Shown in pieces: positions 1 through 21,214 of a stretch of 64,000 nt of DNA. The notes beneath the pieces were generated by a model. The model was not told the DNA's origin, ran no database searches, and worked only from the letters and a program-made list of their open reading frames with translations. Source of the DNA: Raillietiella orientalis (taxonomy: Eukaryota). Location: positions 3,410,001 through 3,474,000 of the forward strand of contig JAYWIR010000019.1 of NCBI GenBank assembly GCA_036172245.1. The letters are read 5' to 3'. Numbering within the stretch: position 1 is the first letter of the stretch; each line of letters begins with the position of its first letter. Position numbers and translations under genes: made by a program.

Positions 1-3000
1 CTCTCGAAACAATCATGTTCAATCAATCAAAGTCTTAAGCATCTTTTCATTTCATTTACGTTAAGAAGCCTCGACTCACATGTCACCATGTGTCGAAACA
101 TAATTTAATCATCTGTGTCAATAGTTCCCAACTCCTGTGTAAATAGAATACTGACATTTGCAATTCTTTATAAAGATTTAGGCATAATTGTCAATCTTTT
201 TCCTTCATATATAAAAAATGGGCTTTTGAGTAATATTTTGCGTTGTTAATCCAAAAGTGACCTGAATCAAATGCTCGCCGTTCTTTTTTTTTTTAGTCAT
301 TGACCTCATTAATAGGACGTCATGTTTTGCTTCAAATGATCTTTTCTTTTAATCTAGTATTCGGTTTCCACTAGCAATCAACGAATGAGGTAAAACAGAT
401 GTTAGGTTGTTACCATTCTCTGAGATATATTTCTTCATTTTCTATCAAAATAACCACAAGGAAAAATACAGTCTGATCCAGACACCACCAACCTACTTCT
501 GTCTCTTTCGACCAAGCTTTTTTAGTTTTATCAAGGGACTCTTATTTCAGAAAAACCATTCTTTGAATAAAATTCTCGATTTATTTCAGTTCTCATCTTT
601 GATTTACTCAGTTTGTTGATATGGATAAACATTTTTACTTGAAAGAAGGAACATACATGTACCTTCCCGAAAACAGACCGTTCTTTATTATATGTGTTGC
701 ATTCTGATAATGATCTTTCAATAGCTTGCTTAAGAACTCGGGGAAGCAAATTAAGAACGAATATTAAACAATGCCCTAGTTTTCAAGGATTCCTTTGTAA
801 CAGTAATATCAGTTATCTCTGCATTCCACCAACTTGTAAAGTGGACAGAGTTTCTTTCGTAAAAAAGCAGAATGGTTATGTAAAAGTTTTTCCATGTGTT
901 AGAAAAATGCACGATCGTAAGACGCATCCTTATCATCAACTATATGTAAACAAACATTGTGGGAAAAGCAAATACTGATGCAAAGACTCCAAAGATTAAT
1001 TCTGGTCACAGCATGCAAAGAGGCTGAGACTAGAATTCATCTCCATAGATGCTCGACACTAGAAGACGAAAAACACATAAGATACATAAGTTCCTCGGGG
1101 AAATCGTGGTGGTATGCTGAAAGCAATATTTAAAAGCTAGGGCGGTGTCTCTAAGTACAACCCAGTGGTTTGGGTGTACCTAGATTCCTTCATCACAGTA
1201 GTGCTAAGAAACTTGGAAAAAGTTTGCTTAAATGTTTCTTAAAGTCATTTTCTTATGAGTGATATAAGGTAGGATCTTCTCAGGTAGGGTCATACTGAAA
1301 GGAAAATGGGTAGCAGTGAAGGGCATCAAAGAGCAAGGTCCCCTCAATAGAAAAATGACCATCAGCAGATGTGGAAACATCCTGACAGCAATGCTGTAAT
1401 ATCTGCTCCACAGAAGTAGAGATTTTTGGAATGTGGAGGTTCCCAAATAAAATAACTGAAAACATAATGGACAGAACAGTTTGAATGTGAATCAAATATA
1501 TTGGAATGTAATCAAAGTAATTTATTGTAAATATTAGTAAATAATGAAAAACAAAACAACTCTGATGTCTGTGCATCAATGAAGAAGCAAACATTTTTGG
1601 AATTGTCGACATAGTCAACATTTGATGGTGTCAAATCCAAGAAGTATACTCTGATATTTTCACACTGTGTTTATTTATAAAAAAAGTTGATGAAAGAGCA
1701 GAAATGATGCTTTATGTTTTTTTTTTTTAAAAAAGGGTGACTAGGCAACAAGGAACATACAATTATTGTAATACAACTCATCTGTTTGCAGTTTGTTTGT
1801 GAACCGTAAAACTTTCAGAGTCTAAACAATAAAAATTGGAAAAATCAAATGGTAAGATGAATGAAAAGCATATGAAGATCACATCCTATCAGCACAGTAA
1901 TGATGGAGTTTCATTACTAGTATCTATTAATCTAATGGAGAAACTGCTACAAAACAAAACAAAAATCTAATATACTAATAATAAAAGCAAAAGAGATAAA
2001 TTCTTTGAAACAATGACTTCCTCTATGTTTTCATTTGCAGTAACTTCAATCTGCAAAATTATTCTAACTGCATGGTCTAAAATTTCAAACTTTGGCATGT
2101 ACCCTGAACATTGTATTCAATTATAAAATAAATAGAACAGGAGCCATTACAGTCAACAAAAATAAAAAATTATGACTTGTCATTGCACTTCAACAGTGAT
2201 TCACAATAAACAGCCAAAAATGATGCTACCTTAATTTCAAATAAATTCTTGGGATTCTCCACAATTTCCACTATTTGATCATCCAGACAATCTCAGCCAT
2301 CTCATCTAGATTCACTTTTCTCTTGAAATAATTAACCAAAAGACCTAATCAACAGCAGTGAAATATACACTTTATTATTATTTCCTGTATTCTGATAATT
2401 CTTTTTTTTCTCCAGTCACATTTCTAAATTGGATAGATTGTTCTACGAATTCTGAATGAGTTGACATTATTCCAGAAGTGTACCTCCAGCTTGATACTTA
2501 CAAATCTTAACTCTTGTTGCAAATCCATAGAAGTGCATTGCTACTTCCAATATTCAAAGTAGCAAAGCAAACCTTCTATTTTCCTCATAGAAAATAAGCA
2601 TTCAACTCATTCATAAAAAAACTGATTTGCCTCAATCCACATTTCGCAATACAGAAAAAAGAAACTGTACTCAGACTGAGATTTGCATAAACACACAGAG
2701 GTGATTAAAATTCCCAAAAGGACAGTTATTTATCAGTATGAAGGTTTGGCATTTAAATTCTCATTTTCTACTGTAATTCTCAGCTGGCATCACTCCTGTT
2801 AAATCCCTCAATACCTCACTCCACAATACTGTCATACAGCTACTCACTTCCACATGCTCTCAATAGAAGACTACCTACAGTTATCAGAGATTGATCCGAA
2901 TCTTGGTTTCCTAGCTTTCTAGTGAATCTCTGAAGCTTCATTTATTGAATACTCTGTTGACAGCAACAATCATCGAAATTTGGATTTTCTCCTTCAAGAT

Positions 3001-3199
3001 TTTTTAGTGATTATTGCAAGCCTTCACAGGGACTCAGAATAATCAAAATCTTTAAAAAAGTTCACAATTTCATTCTCGAGATCAATAATTCTTCAATTTT
3101 AATCCACCTACATTCACATGGACATTTCACAATACTTAATTAACAAGCAACTACTCCATAACAATGCACTACCATTTTTACTTGAATACTTTTATTAAC

Positions 3200-3530
3200 T
3201 CACTCTCTTCTAAAACTCTCTTCCTCACCAGAAGATCATTACCATCATTTTATTAAGGCAAGTTAATGCACTGGATATGGAATAAAACTTCCCGAACTTA
3301 TCTTCAGAGTTCATCTTCCTTTACTACTATATCAGTGTGGTATTGAAGTTGTCATAAAAGTAATCATGACAACATATTCTACACCTACATTTATTATTGC
3401 AAATAATAAGATCTTAGAGAAACTTCATCCTAATTAACAACACATGCATACATTTCTTTTTCTACTACGATTCCACTATATCACATCTTTCATCCACCTA
3501 ACAGAAATTGTAAGTAATGATATGTCTAGC
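3200..3530 (+). mobile_element. Highly degenerate LINE reverse-transcriptase remnant
   Basis: Reads PTFIIANNKILEKLH near 3385-3430, resembling the RPISLL..SKILEK motif of non-LTR RTs; many stops and frameshifts. Confidence 0.35.
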
Positions 3531-4439
3531 TCTTATCATTAAATCCATCACTAACCAGCTATTAGGATATTCCAAGTTCCCATGTTTTTTAAAAAAACAA
3601 GGATTTTGAATGAAAAATCAAAACAATATAATTGGATGCCTTTTTGTTTATGCAACTCTTATGTGTTAACATTGTACAATCTAGTTGCTAGTTCTTTGCT
3701 GATTCTTGAAATTTTTTCATCTTCCTTCTAAGAATTGATTCATTGATAATGATTGAGATTCTCAATTTAAGCACAAGCATTCTCAATTTCTATTACTTCA
3801 ATGACACATTAATAAAACAAATAAGCTCATGCAATCCACATCATGCATCACTAATTAGTACCCTCCTTCATTTCAAACAATGTGCACAAAAGAATTATGC
3901 CTTATTAAAGCCTACAGTCTTCACCGATTCAGTGAAAAATTCACCACATGCCTGCAATAACCATTTTCATCATAGTACTTATTTTAATGAGCACTGAAGA
4001 TCACAATTTCCTAAAGTTCAGAACTTTATCTTTGACTGTAAAACTGGAGTTATGATTCAGTTTCATTCTCAGAAGGGAAAATCTAAAACATTAAGCAATT
4101 TAGAAAACATATATAGAACAGCAAAGTTTTATTCGCTTTATTGAAAATTTTCTTGTTGACGTTTCCCTTCATGTTCTCTCATGTAATTCTTGACCTAAAC
4201 TCCCAGTTCAGTCTTTAATTCGCATTATCATTGTGAGCTGGAAAATCTAGAATTACTTAATACTATCTGACTACTAAGATTAATTAAAATCACATCTAAA
4301 ATGAAAAAAATCCGTGCAAACAAAAATTTAGAACTCCATTTTCAAATCTATCAACATATACCGAGGATTTTCTGATAACTTTCAATATTTTGCTCATCAC
4401 ATGCTACTGAAAAATAAACAATTGAGGTTAAGGAAACTG

Positions 4440-4690
4440 TAACCACTCATGATTAATCATCACCTAATGGCACTTCCAACTTTATCGACCATTCCACTGT
4501 ACCCTTGCTCAAATGTAATCAGTAAGAATCCTACAATAAATACTACATTTGGTAATAATTGTTCATATCAAGTTTATCTTTTCCGTCACTATCTGTTATC
4601 TTTCTGTCAAGTTTTCCTGCTTACACTCTCAAACATAACCACTACAGTCCATCTACCCTACTTGAATACCACTCAATCATATTCCCATTT
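4440..4690 (+). mobile_element. Degenerate LINE RT remnant
   Basis: tatcgacca...tgctcaaatgtaatcagtaag gives YRP...CSNVISK across frameshifts, resembling YRPISLL..ISK. Confidence 0.3.
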
Positions 4691-5099
4691 TTGATTTGGT
4701 GTCTTTAAGCATCGCTATTTCTCTTTACTGTTGACACTGAACTGATTATCACTGGGCTTTGCAGTTTGATAGCACCAAATTCATGAACTGCTTAAGAAGG
4801 CATTTCAATCACTAAGAAACAGCACATTAATCCAGCTGACTTTGTAAAAAATTTATATATAAAAACACGAAATTTAAGTATACAAGTGTCTAACATCCAG
4901 GTTATAAAAACACGACTGGATACATGCATTAACACTTCACATTTCAAGAGTTCAAACCAAATTCTGCATCGAATTCTCAGCCGAAGATGTATTATTTCGA
5001 ATACTTAGTAGTTTTTAATTTTTGCGTTTACGGTAATCGAATTCGAACGTTTATTTGGCTGGATGGATGTTAAATACAGAGCACCAGCTGTAAACTTAC

Positions 5100-5410
5100 G
5101 GAAGTACAAAAAAAAAAAAAAAGAAAGGATGCACTACAGAGCCTGAAAACCCGTTATGGAGTTTCCTCCGGTGCATAAACGGGCTCCAGAATATTTATTT
5201 CCTCCAGCATCAGAAGGATCTGTTCCGCGCGCCGGCTCCCGGCCGGTACAAAATGCTCGCTGTACGGTTGTCGCAGCTCAGTGCGGTGTGTTTGCAGCGT
5301 GCGTCCGCGTGGTGTGCTGCTCGCTGCCTCTCCCACGGCGAGTTGCGAAGCAGAAGGGAAGGCCGTTTTTTGAGGCTGGTTGCGTAATCCCCGATTGCTC
5401 TCCTTGAATT
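5100..5410. promoter_or_regulatory. GC/CpG-rich island, probable promoter or 5' region of p38
   Basis: Local GC- and CpG-rich patch about 700 bp upstream of the p38 ATG within AT-rich DNA. Confidence 0.45.
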
Positions 5411-5602
5411 CTTAAATATGGAAAAGAAATACCTCAAGGGAAACACAAAAGTAGGAAAGCCGGACGTGCCGGATGGAATGTCTCAAAAGTTAGGGATATT
5501 TGAGATTCTTTCAACGTTACTCTCAGAAATGCAGCATTTGAAGCTAAGTCCCACCGAGCCATATCCTGATTCGCAAATTATTTCCAAAGTGTTCACATAG
5601 TG

Positions 5603-5634
<32 letters not shown>

Positions 5635-6111
5635 CAGTGTCTTCCATTAAATTAAAATGCTCTTTCCGATCCCAGAGGAGGATTCTAAGAACTTGTTTCG
5701 TTAAAGAGTCCACCTGCATTTTGTTGTGTTGCATTTTTATTGACTTTTTTTGTTTCCAAAATAAAGTTTCATTAAATGTTTTCAGGTATTTGAATTTCAG
5801 GTTTAAATGATCAAAAATGCGGGCAACTTTTTGAACATTCGTGTTTATTTGCTTTTTGCCTTATTTTTTTCACTAAATTCTGTGCAATCATATTTGATCC
5901 TTGTGACTAAGTACTGTTATTTGATAGATACTGATGAATAATTGGGAGGCATCTCCGTAATCTGCATCTTTATGCCAACAATAGGTGTTCTATATTCTGA
6001 CATTTTAAATTTAAAATGACTTAAAGTAGAATTTTGTGGCTGACTGTAACAAAATTGGAAATGATTGAATAGAATCAAAGTCTTCTGTCTGATAAGAGAT
6101 ATCGTGAAATT

Positions 6112-9207
<3,096 letters not shown>

Positions 9208-11840
9208 ATATTTTATATTTTACATTTGATGAACTGCTGTGTGGATTTTTTGGATTTTGATTATGGCATGTATCATTAAAAATTATTATTAGCTATTCTT
9301 GTATAAATAAAAGGAAATGCTATTCAAACAATCTTGTTTTTTTTTAATGAAGTTTTAGATTTTTTATGTGTTGCAGAACATGATTTTAATATTCCATCAT
9401 TGGCAATAGGATATGGAAGCAGATTCAATTTGTAGTTCAATTTTAGTATCAGTATCTCTTAGCTTGATAATTTTGTTAGACAGGCATTTTGATCACTGAA
9501 ATACTTGATTGTATCTTGAAGTAGCAACAGACACTCCGGTAGTGCATTTTTTTTTTTGGTCGCAAGTGATGTTTTATTTGTGCATTGCGGTTTACTTGAT
9601 CTAAATATGAGTGTATGTGTGTGTTTGAATTGATAATTTAAATATTACTATTGAATTATAATGTATTAGAGAACAAATGAAATTTGTTATTTGCAGATGT
9701 TTGCATTTGCAAGAGAATCGGTATTTGTCCTCAAATCCTGATTGATCGGCTTAACATCATGATAAGTAGAAAATTTTAAAGCTACTTGTGAATAACACTA
9801 TATTTTTGGAAAATGGACAAAACTGAATATAAAAATCATGCACTTTTGATGTTTTTGCCGAATTGTAAAACAGATTGTTCGTTACAGTTAGGAGATAACG
9901 ACACCTAGGTGAATAATGTAAACATTTACTGTAAATTGGACATGAAACAGTTTGAAATTTTCCAGAAAACTTTCAATTTCGGTGAAATGACAAGTATATA
10001 TTCCTCCCATTGTATTCTGCAAGGCTGCAACATAATCAGTTTAGGAGGAGGGTGAATACACTTCATTGATGGATACAGGAAAACCGAGGCTGAAAAGACT
10101 ACAGTTTTCTAAGTAGCTTTCGTCCAGGCAGATAATTTAATGCAACTTGAAACCAAAACTCAATTTGCTTGTCTTCATACATTCTAATTGGGGGAAATAT
10201 ATTTGAGCGAATCATGGACGGTTTAGATTTATCACTAGTTATTATGTTGGTGCACTGCAATAAAATATAGTGTATTGAAATATACAAGTTTTTATCTTTT
10301 TCAATGGAATAGATAAAAACAGGACTCAGTGTACAAATGAAAACTTTCTAAACCAGGCTTAGTGGCAGTTCATAAATTAAAAGCTCAAGGATATTCAGGA
10401 ATACTAGATCAACAAGGATTGCATACAGACTAAGATTTTGACATCTTAACACGAGATCTGCTTCTGCAGCTGACTTGAAAACCGTCATAACACTATAGGG
10501 AATGTTGTGACGAAAACTCAAATTCCTAGAATTGGGGAAGCAGACTGAAATTCTCTTTCAAACACCTGCAGTGAGTTAAAATAGAAAAAATATCTTATAA
10601 AGTGTGTATTCGAATTCTATAAATTGCATGCAAAGTTTAGTTGCGATAGATCAAAAGATTAAATAGAAACAGAAATCCATGAAGATCAAATTATTAACTT
10701 CAATAAGAAATGGCGGCAGAGAAACGTGATTCTTGTTTCCTTATCAAAAAGAAAGCAAAAGTGTGAATATGGAAAACCTTTTTTTCTCTAAAGTATATGC
10801 TTCGTTCCTATCTAAATGCTCTCGTAAACTAGGAATTGAATTATAACTCTGAGATTTTTTTAAAAAAAGTTTCAGTTTGGCATCTAACACAGATATACCT
10901 CGTTGCTTCCTATTTTCGAAAAGTAGTCCTTGTTAACAATCCAAACAATGTTATCTACACTGTTATATACGCTAAACACAAGAAGCAGCTTAATGTGGGT
11001 AATAAGTATTTTCAAATTATAATCACATGTGAAGAGCAAATTTTTCAGTTTTATGTTTCAGTACTTTTATTTGAGCAATGTGCCTTGACAAACAGTGATG
11101 TCGATGATACACTGTATGGAATAAACGATTCCTGATATCCAAAAACATGTACCGCTTCTGAACAAAGCTCCTTTTCCTTAGCATTCCTCCTGAGAACTCT
11201 TGAAAAGTTACCAAACCATGTACTGATTCGGTGTGAGCTTTTTTGAATAACGATGAAGATTATCTGAAATTAAATATTCTTCTGGTTGTTTCTGAATTAA
11301 TCTTTATTTATTTAATCAGTGTTTCAAAAGCTACATTATCGCCTTTTAGGAATACGAATGAAGCTTTAATTTCGAGCTTTAGCTACAAAATATTTTGATC
11401 AAAGCATCTCCAAATCTCTCAAATGATTAAACCGCTTCGATTGTGATTTAAGTTATTTAAAAGTTTGTTCATTAGTATTTGAGTAATTTTCAAAATAAAT
11501 ATAATCCATAAAATATTGTTCTATGTTATCGGATAGGAATCTGTTTACGGAAAGCTGTTCAATTTGCTTTCATTTTCCATGGATCTACAAAAACTGAATA
11601 ATAATCTATTTGACATAAACGAAATTTATACTTTCCAAGAAACTACATTGAGCAGATTGCAACCGTTTTGTAACAGTAGTAGTCTATTTTGGCGAATTCT
11701 AAAAAATGAAGTTTTTTCAAAACAAATCTGCACAGTGAATTTTTACTTCGATTGCGGAGAGGACATTTTTGTCCTGAATGTGGCACTCCATGCGATGTGC
11801 CTGTGTTGTGGGAGCTGTGGCATAGGGTGGACTTTTCACG

Positions 11841-14233
11841 ATGATTGGAGGGTATCCTGTAGATTATAAACCTGAAGTTCATGGTGCATATGACCCATCT
11901 AGGTATTATGGAAAACGTGAGTTCAAAATTTCATAAATGCCCCTTGTTATTGTGTTACTTTACTGGTATTGCATCCCTAAATGAATCAGTCGAGAGAGAA
12001 TTCCTGTATTTGCAAATAATGACCAAGTGTGTCATATAAAAGTTCGAGTTTTCAGTTGCAGTTCCAGCATCAGGCTTTGGTGCTGATAATCAGTAATTCT
12101 GTTTCATTCACAATTGAGCGCATTTTTTTCTAATCTTATGCGATAAGTTTGCAGAAATTGGTTTACTTTGGTTCTGTAACTTGGCATTAAGATTTGCCAA
12201 GGTAGAATTAATTTATTGTCATTTGCGTGTTAGTATGGAGAATTTTTTTTTATAAAAGTACTACAAACTTATTATGTTTCATTTCTATTGCATGTTGTGC
12301 CAGTTTTGCAAGCGTCTCTGTGATGGTTTATTTGCAGTGCAAGCTAGCCTAGATTTTTTGCATATCAAAATGGTGTGTGTATTTAAGAATAAATTTATGG
12401 TAGAATAATTGTCTTACTTCTATGTCTCCTGTTGTGTAGTTCACAATCACATTTATTTAACTGTAATTTGTCAAGAATTTGGAGTATAGGAGTACTAGAG
12501 AAAATGAAAAATATAGCAGTGATACAATTTATCTGGTGGACTGGAGAGTGAGGTGTTGATTTTGATATTTAATCATCTGAGGCTTGAAGAAGATAGGATT
12601 AGTGCTGAATACAGAATTTTTGGAGGGAGTAATGTGGTGATCGGATGTGATTTAAATAAAGGTATGATGAATACTATTATGATTCTTGTGACGGAGGTGA
12701 TAACTAGTTTTGGGTTGAAAGTAGATAGTTCAGTAAAAGTTAAGGATGTTACATGGGAAAAAAAGACTGCAGACTCTTCCAGTGTAGGTACTCTTCTAGG
12801 TAGAAGATCATTGATTATTAGGATGATGGAGACAGAGAGTTGAGAAAGATGATTACAGGATTGGTATGGGAATTGAGTAGATAAAATGTAATACAAGGTA
12901 TAGAGGGCATTTGGAAGGATGTTGATACCTAAAGTATTTCAGTTATGTTTGGAACAGTAGCTATTGGGATGGAGACAATTTTGAAGGTTTGACTTAACAG
13001 GAGTTGCATTTTAATAAGATTATGGATAGAGTTTATGACGTGAAAGTTTCGTTTTTTTTTATTAAAGGAAAGGTAGAGAGGGTGATTAATATTAAATATC
13101 AATTTCAATGGCATTCAATATTTATAAAAGGCCAATCGGATTATCTTTAATTGTCTTAGTTTCTTGGAATTGTGGTTGTGATTCTTGTCAACCTATATTA
13201 ATGAATACTAGAGTGTACATTTGTTTCTAGTGGGCATGTTAGTCATTTGGTTGTTGTTTTGGACTAGTGTGCAAGGGTTGAAACCATTTTTTCATGTATT
13301 AAATATTGCATTACTTTCTATAAAATGCTCTTGCAAATAATTAAATAGCTAACTGAAGAAGTGATGGAAACAATAAAAGATACCCCCATCTTTTATTGTT
13401 TCTGTTACAATACCAGATAGTTTTGACATGGTGAATGGTAAATCTTGGGAAATAATTTTGTATCAATTTCTAAAGATTGATGTTTTTTATTTTCACAGAC
13501 TTTGTGAATAGAATGATTTGTATCTTTTGTTACCGTATTCATTTATGTTCTTGATTTTGCATACCTGAAGATCTTGCCTCTAATTACAATTTCATAAGTT
13601 AAAACCAACACTTTATCCAGACATTCAGTTGAAAAATGACTAAGGATTTTGCTGAATTTATAATGCAGCTTTGGGGTTTCTGAATTCCACATAGCATTTA
13701 ATTTAAACCATAATAAACTGAACTCACTAGCATTTAGATTGCATTTTTCTAATGTAGATGTTAAATAAACAAGCACGCAATAAATTTAATTCTGGTATTG
13801 CATTTTCTTTTGAAGCAAAATATGATGCTTTCAATAAGAGAAATCTTATGAATGCCTTTCCTTTTTTTTTGGGGAAAAAAAAACAACAGCTGATACAGCC
13901 TTTGGAGAAGTCAAATTAAAAGAACTACCACAATGGCTTCTGCGCAGAAGGTGGACACCAAGAGCTATGATCCAGTCATTGAGCCGAGGTAGAGAGAAAC
14001 TGTATTTTACTGGTAACTTTCTAGCTGGTAGGTTACTGGCGTTGGCAGCACAAGTATGCATTGCCTCTTAGAAGCAATTTCACACCACAAGCACAAGTAC
14101 TCGCATGTATGTCTTTATTTAGTTATTTGCTGTACTACAATTATGCTAGTAAGTACTGTTTTATGTACACTGAACTTTGCGATGTTAGATATTTGTTTTA
14201 GGTTACCATAGAAATGCAAAATATCACTGGTAA
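11841..14233 (+). CDS. ATP5MF: Mitochondrial ATP synthase subunit f
   Basis: Exons 11841-11916, 13890-13988, 14032-14148, 14202-14233 give MIGGYPVDYKPEVHGAYDPSRYYGKPDTAFGEVKLKELPQWL...SRGYWRWQHKY...YHRNAKYHW, the invertebrate subunit f pattern. Confidence 0.93.
12470..13110 (-). mobile_element. Possible decayed LINE fragment in the first intron of ATP5MF
   Basis: Strand-biased composition like the 3200-4700 remnants and a partly open frame; no clean motif. Confidence 0.25.
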
Positions 14234-14422
14234 AAAGTAGCTTCCAATAGTAAACTGTAATAAACTTTATTGGTTTGATCTATCTGAAAGTTAGTTGATG
14301 AATTTTCAGTTTCCATGCAACATTAATAGTTTGCTAACCAATTGGAAGCAGCATGCTTTTTTTGATTGGGAGCTGCTTTATTCTTAGGCAGTGCAAATAT
14401 ATTGCCAACTTGTAAGGAGAAA

Positions 14423-17596
<3,174 letters not shown>

Positions 17597-20500
17597 AACA
17601 ATTTTATGATTATTTTCAATTAACTTCAAACATAAGGAAGACCTAAGAAAAACACCTTCAAAATAAAATTAATAAGCGTGGTGCAATATTTCAAAATTAT
17701 TTCAATTATGTAATAATACAAAGATTTACAAGAAATGTCTCAAAAAATATGTTTCTTTACCTACACCTGCAATTATAAATCAGTTTAAATGACATTCCTT
17801 CTAAAATCAAGTACACAAAAATTCACATAAGCAATACATGAGGCAAACAACCGAAAACAAAATAACTTACCCAGCAAATCTGAAACTGTAGCTTCTAAAT
17901 TTCAGCTAAGATGTAACTTAACTTCATGAAAATGCCTGAGACATTGCAAACACAATTTTCCAAACATTTAATGCATACTTCCTGTATGTTACTCGCTTCC
18001 ACTACGTTATGCAGCCGCTTAAACCAGTAGCATTTTTTAGAACACTCCCAGATTAAAAGATGCGTTCCCCTTGCCAAATTTCTTGAAACAGTTTCAACAC
18101 AGAATTAAAATAATATTTGAACCCAGGCTTGCTTTGAGAGATTTAAAATTCAAAAACAAAATAAAAAAATGCGGTTTAATAATGCTGCTACTGTTTCAAA
18201 GCTCAATACTAAGAAAATAGCCATTAATACTTGAAAACTATGCCTAAGCTAGATTAATTAAAAATATGAAAGAAGTAAAATACTGACACGAGAATTTCAA
18301 TTTTCAAATCTATAATACAGGAAATACGGTATAGATAGGTAGCAAAGGCATATGAAAGGAATGATCATCTTGTATGCTGAAATTAAAGTGAAAACGATGT
18401 TCATGATCTGTATGATTGTAAAATAGAGTACTGTCAAGTAATTTAGTTACATTAAACTAAGCTAAACAAAATTCTGTAGTTATTCTGCATTTTACATTGG
18501 ATTCAGAATTTCTTTACGGTGTATTTTATGAGCCTATGGACTCCTTGCAAGCTGGAGGCGCAAAGATCATAAGACTTTGTTGTTTTCTTCTCTATAACAA
18601 GACGAAAGTTATTCCAGGATCACGGTAGATAATTTTTGTGGTTTACTGTGCTGATTGGTCACTCTCATACTTACTGTGTGCTAGACGCGTGTGAAGCTGA
18701 TCCATATATTTCTGTCCCTGAAGCTATCTAAGCATTCACATACCGTAATTTTGGAAAGCTATTGTAAAGTCAGTTCACCTTTCTAAAGAGACTTTAGATA
18801 GCGATTATGTACGACTATCCAGAACCACGAAAATAATGCAGCAATGATCTGCTTCAGAATCCTTTATCAATCAATCCTGGGATTAACAGGTTTGCAAATA
18901 ACAGATTAGGATCAAACGGAGAACCGATAAGAGATAGGGGTAGAAAGACCTTCTAACCTTCCATTAGGCATTTCAATCCTTCAACCGTTACAAAGAATTG
19001 GAGATACATGTGATATATTGCGAACAAATTTCATTTTGAGACATAGTATGATGAAATCCTTGTAGCCGATTATGGCATAAATTCAATTTTTGATAAAAAC
19101 CATGATTTTTGTCTTGAAGTGAACAAAACTAGCATTCACGTACTTATGAATTTTAAAATTAATGACAAGGTAAAATACTAGAATTAAAATGATTATTTGA
19201 ACTGGCACACATATCATGTAAGTGTATCATCCAAACGAAAAGTTGTGCATTTTATAAAGGTGAGGAATTCAAAAAGAAGTTTCCTCTTGATGATCGGTAT
19301 ATTTAAGCATTTCGTAAATGTCAGATGGAAGAAACATCTTTTGCAGCGAACATCGCCGCAATATATGATCAGTTGGCTAATTTGCTCTTAAGAAGTTATT
19401 GTCACTTATCTCAATCATCAGCATATTATATAAATACTCCTTAACTCCTTTAGCAGCCAAGTCTCTATAGTAAGTTGTGCACGTGCATCGAAAGAACTAA
19501 GTATATGAACCGTAAGAAGAGAGGAAACCTAGAATGACTGCCAGGCGTAGCTAAACCGATTGGTATTTGTATAGGGCATTCAGTTTTCAAAGAGAATGTT
19601 GTCAGTAAAGTGATGAAGTAGAAGTTCAAGTCACATGAAGAATCGATTGATCAGATTTCTGAGATTAATTAAAACGGTTTTAAACTTTGTCTTATCGGCT
19701 TTCTCTTCTTTTTTTTTTGAAGATAGAAATTTATTGAGCATTTGGGTTATTACAATAACTATTGCTGGAATGGCTCTGGAGAATCTTTCACGAATGATGT
19801 TTCCTCCGTGTTCTTCACGGTTCCTCGGTGCTTTCTTCCGGGGTGAGAGCATTGTCCAGATCATCTGGTTGGGCTTCCTCTCCAATAATAGCAAATTGTA
19901 CTAGCAGTAAGAAACTGCTGTTCATACAGCAGAGTAATCAGTTTCTCGGTGAATTTTTCGTGAACCATCCACAACAAATCTTGGAATTGACATTTCAAAA
20001 CGAAATTTTCTGTATTAAATTCTGAAATTCAGTCAGATATCATATTTTTGAGTAAATTTGGAGCGTGAAAGTTGTAGTTTTAAAGTTTCTTTAGAGCTTA
20101 TAATTTTCATCACAATTCCAGTATAAGGGATTATCTAATATTATCTAGTGCAACAAATTTGGCAATTACATTGCACTGCTGAAAACCCTTTTGAATGCCA
20201 TCATTTGGTTTCCACTGTGAGACTTAGGTACACACCTTATACTTATCCGTATTTAAAAATCATTTTCTTCCAACTTTTGAAAGATTGGAAATCTTGGAAT
20301 GATATTTGCTGTTTCTCAAAGCTAGGGTCAAATACCTCATTAGGCAAAGTTGTATTGCACATAAAACGCAAACTGATTATATATTTTAAGAAGTCTAAAT
20401 CAATGCTTCCAATATCCAGAATCATATCCTTAAGAAACATCTTCGCTTTGAATCTGCACTATTTTTAGTGTTGCTGTGGTATTTCAACTTTTTACGGTAG

Positions 20501-20790
20501 ATCGTCAAGAGTTAAAACTTCTGAAATGATGACTTTTAAACGTATATCGATTACTAAAAGATGGACGTTTACGTAGTTGTGGCATAAAAGGAATTGAATT
20601 TATTTGAGAGAATTAACTTTGAGTGCTTGGAGCAACAAAAAAAAATAAGTAAAAGAAAACTGGATTTTTCGAGAATGAAACAATTGTTTAGATAAGTCTT
20701 AGAAAATAGTCGTCTGAATCAAAATGGCTAGGTTAAGTGATCGATAGAAAGAAAATGAATTCTAGTACTATTACTCTTATTTACTTTTAT

Positions 20791-20913
20791 GATTTTGTAT
20801 TTTGATTCTTAATGAAAGAAAATTGTTAAATGAGCTCCTTATATTGTTTTTATAATAGTGCATTCTAGGATTCCCGCTATCTACTATTAAGATTTTGTAT
20901 TTTGATTCTTAAT
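20791..20913 (+). repeat. 23-bp exact direct repeat, copies 100 bp apart
   Basis: GATTTTGTATTTTGATTCTTAAT at 20791-20813 and 20891-20913. Confidence 0.8.
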
Positions 20914-21214
20914 AAAGGAACACAAAGGGGAATTAGCAAGTAAAATTCAAGAAATCAAAAGCAGCACGAAGTTATCAAGACCTGTTATTTTCATATTTAC
21001 ATGTATATTCTTCGTTGGATAATGCAAATGTTAATAAACCTTGAGAATAATGAAATTAGCTTGGGACAGCTTAAATTAGCTTTTGGTAGTTAAGCTGCTG
21101 TAAGAGGGGCCGTGAGCGGACAAACAGCGTTTTCTGCAAAAATAGCATGAGACGCGCCGAATCCAAGTCGCTGCAGATGTAATTCTGCCGTGAAAAAACG
21201 TAATGTGAGCTAAT

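Noticed and set aside
5156..5600. Short ORFs upstream of p38 as N-terminal exons or a separate gene
   Set aside because: No recognisable homology and no convincing in-frame splice to exon 1.
18500..20500. Possible transposon remnants between Rac and GTF3C1
   Set aside because: No motif clear enough to assign.
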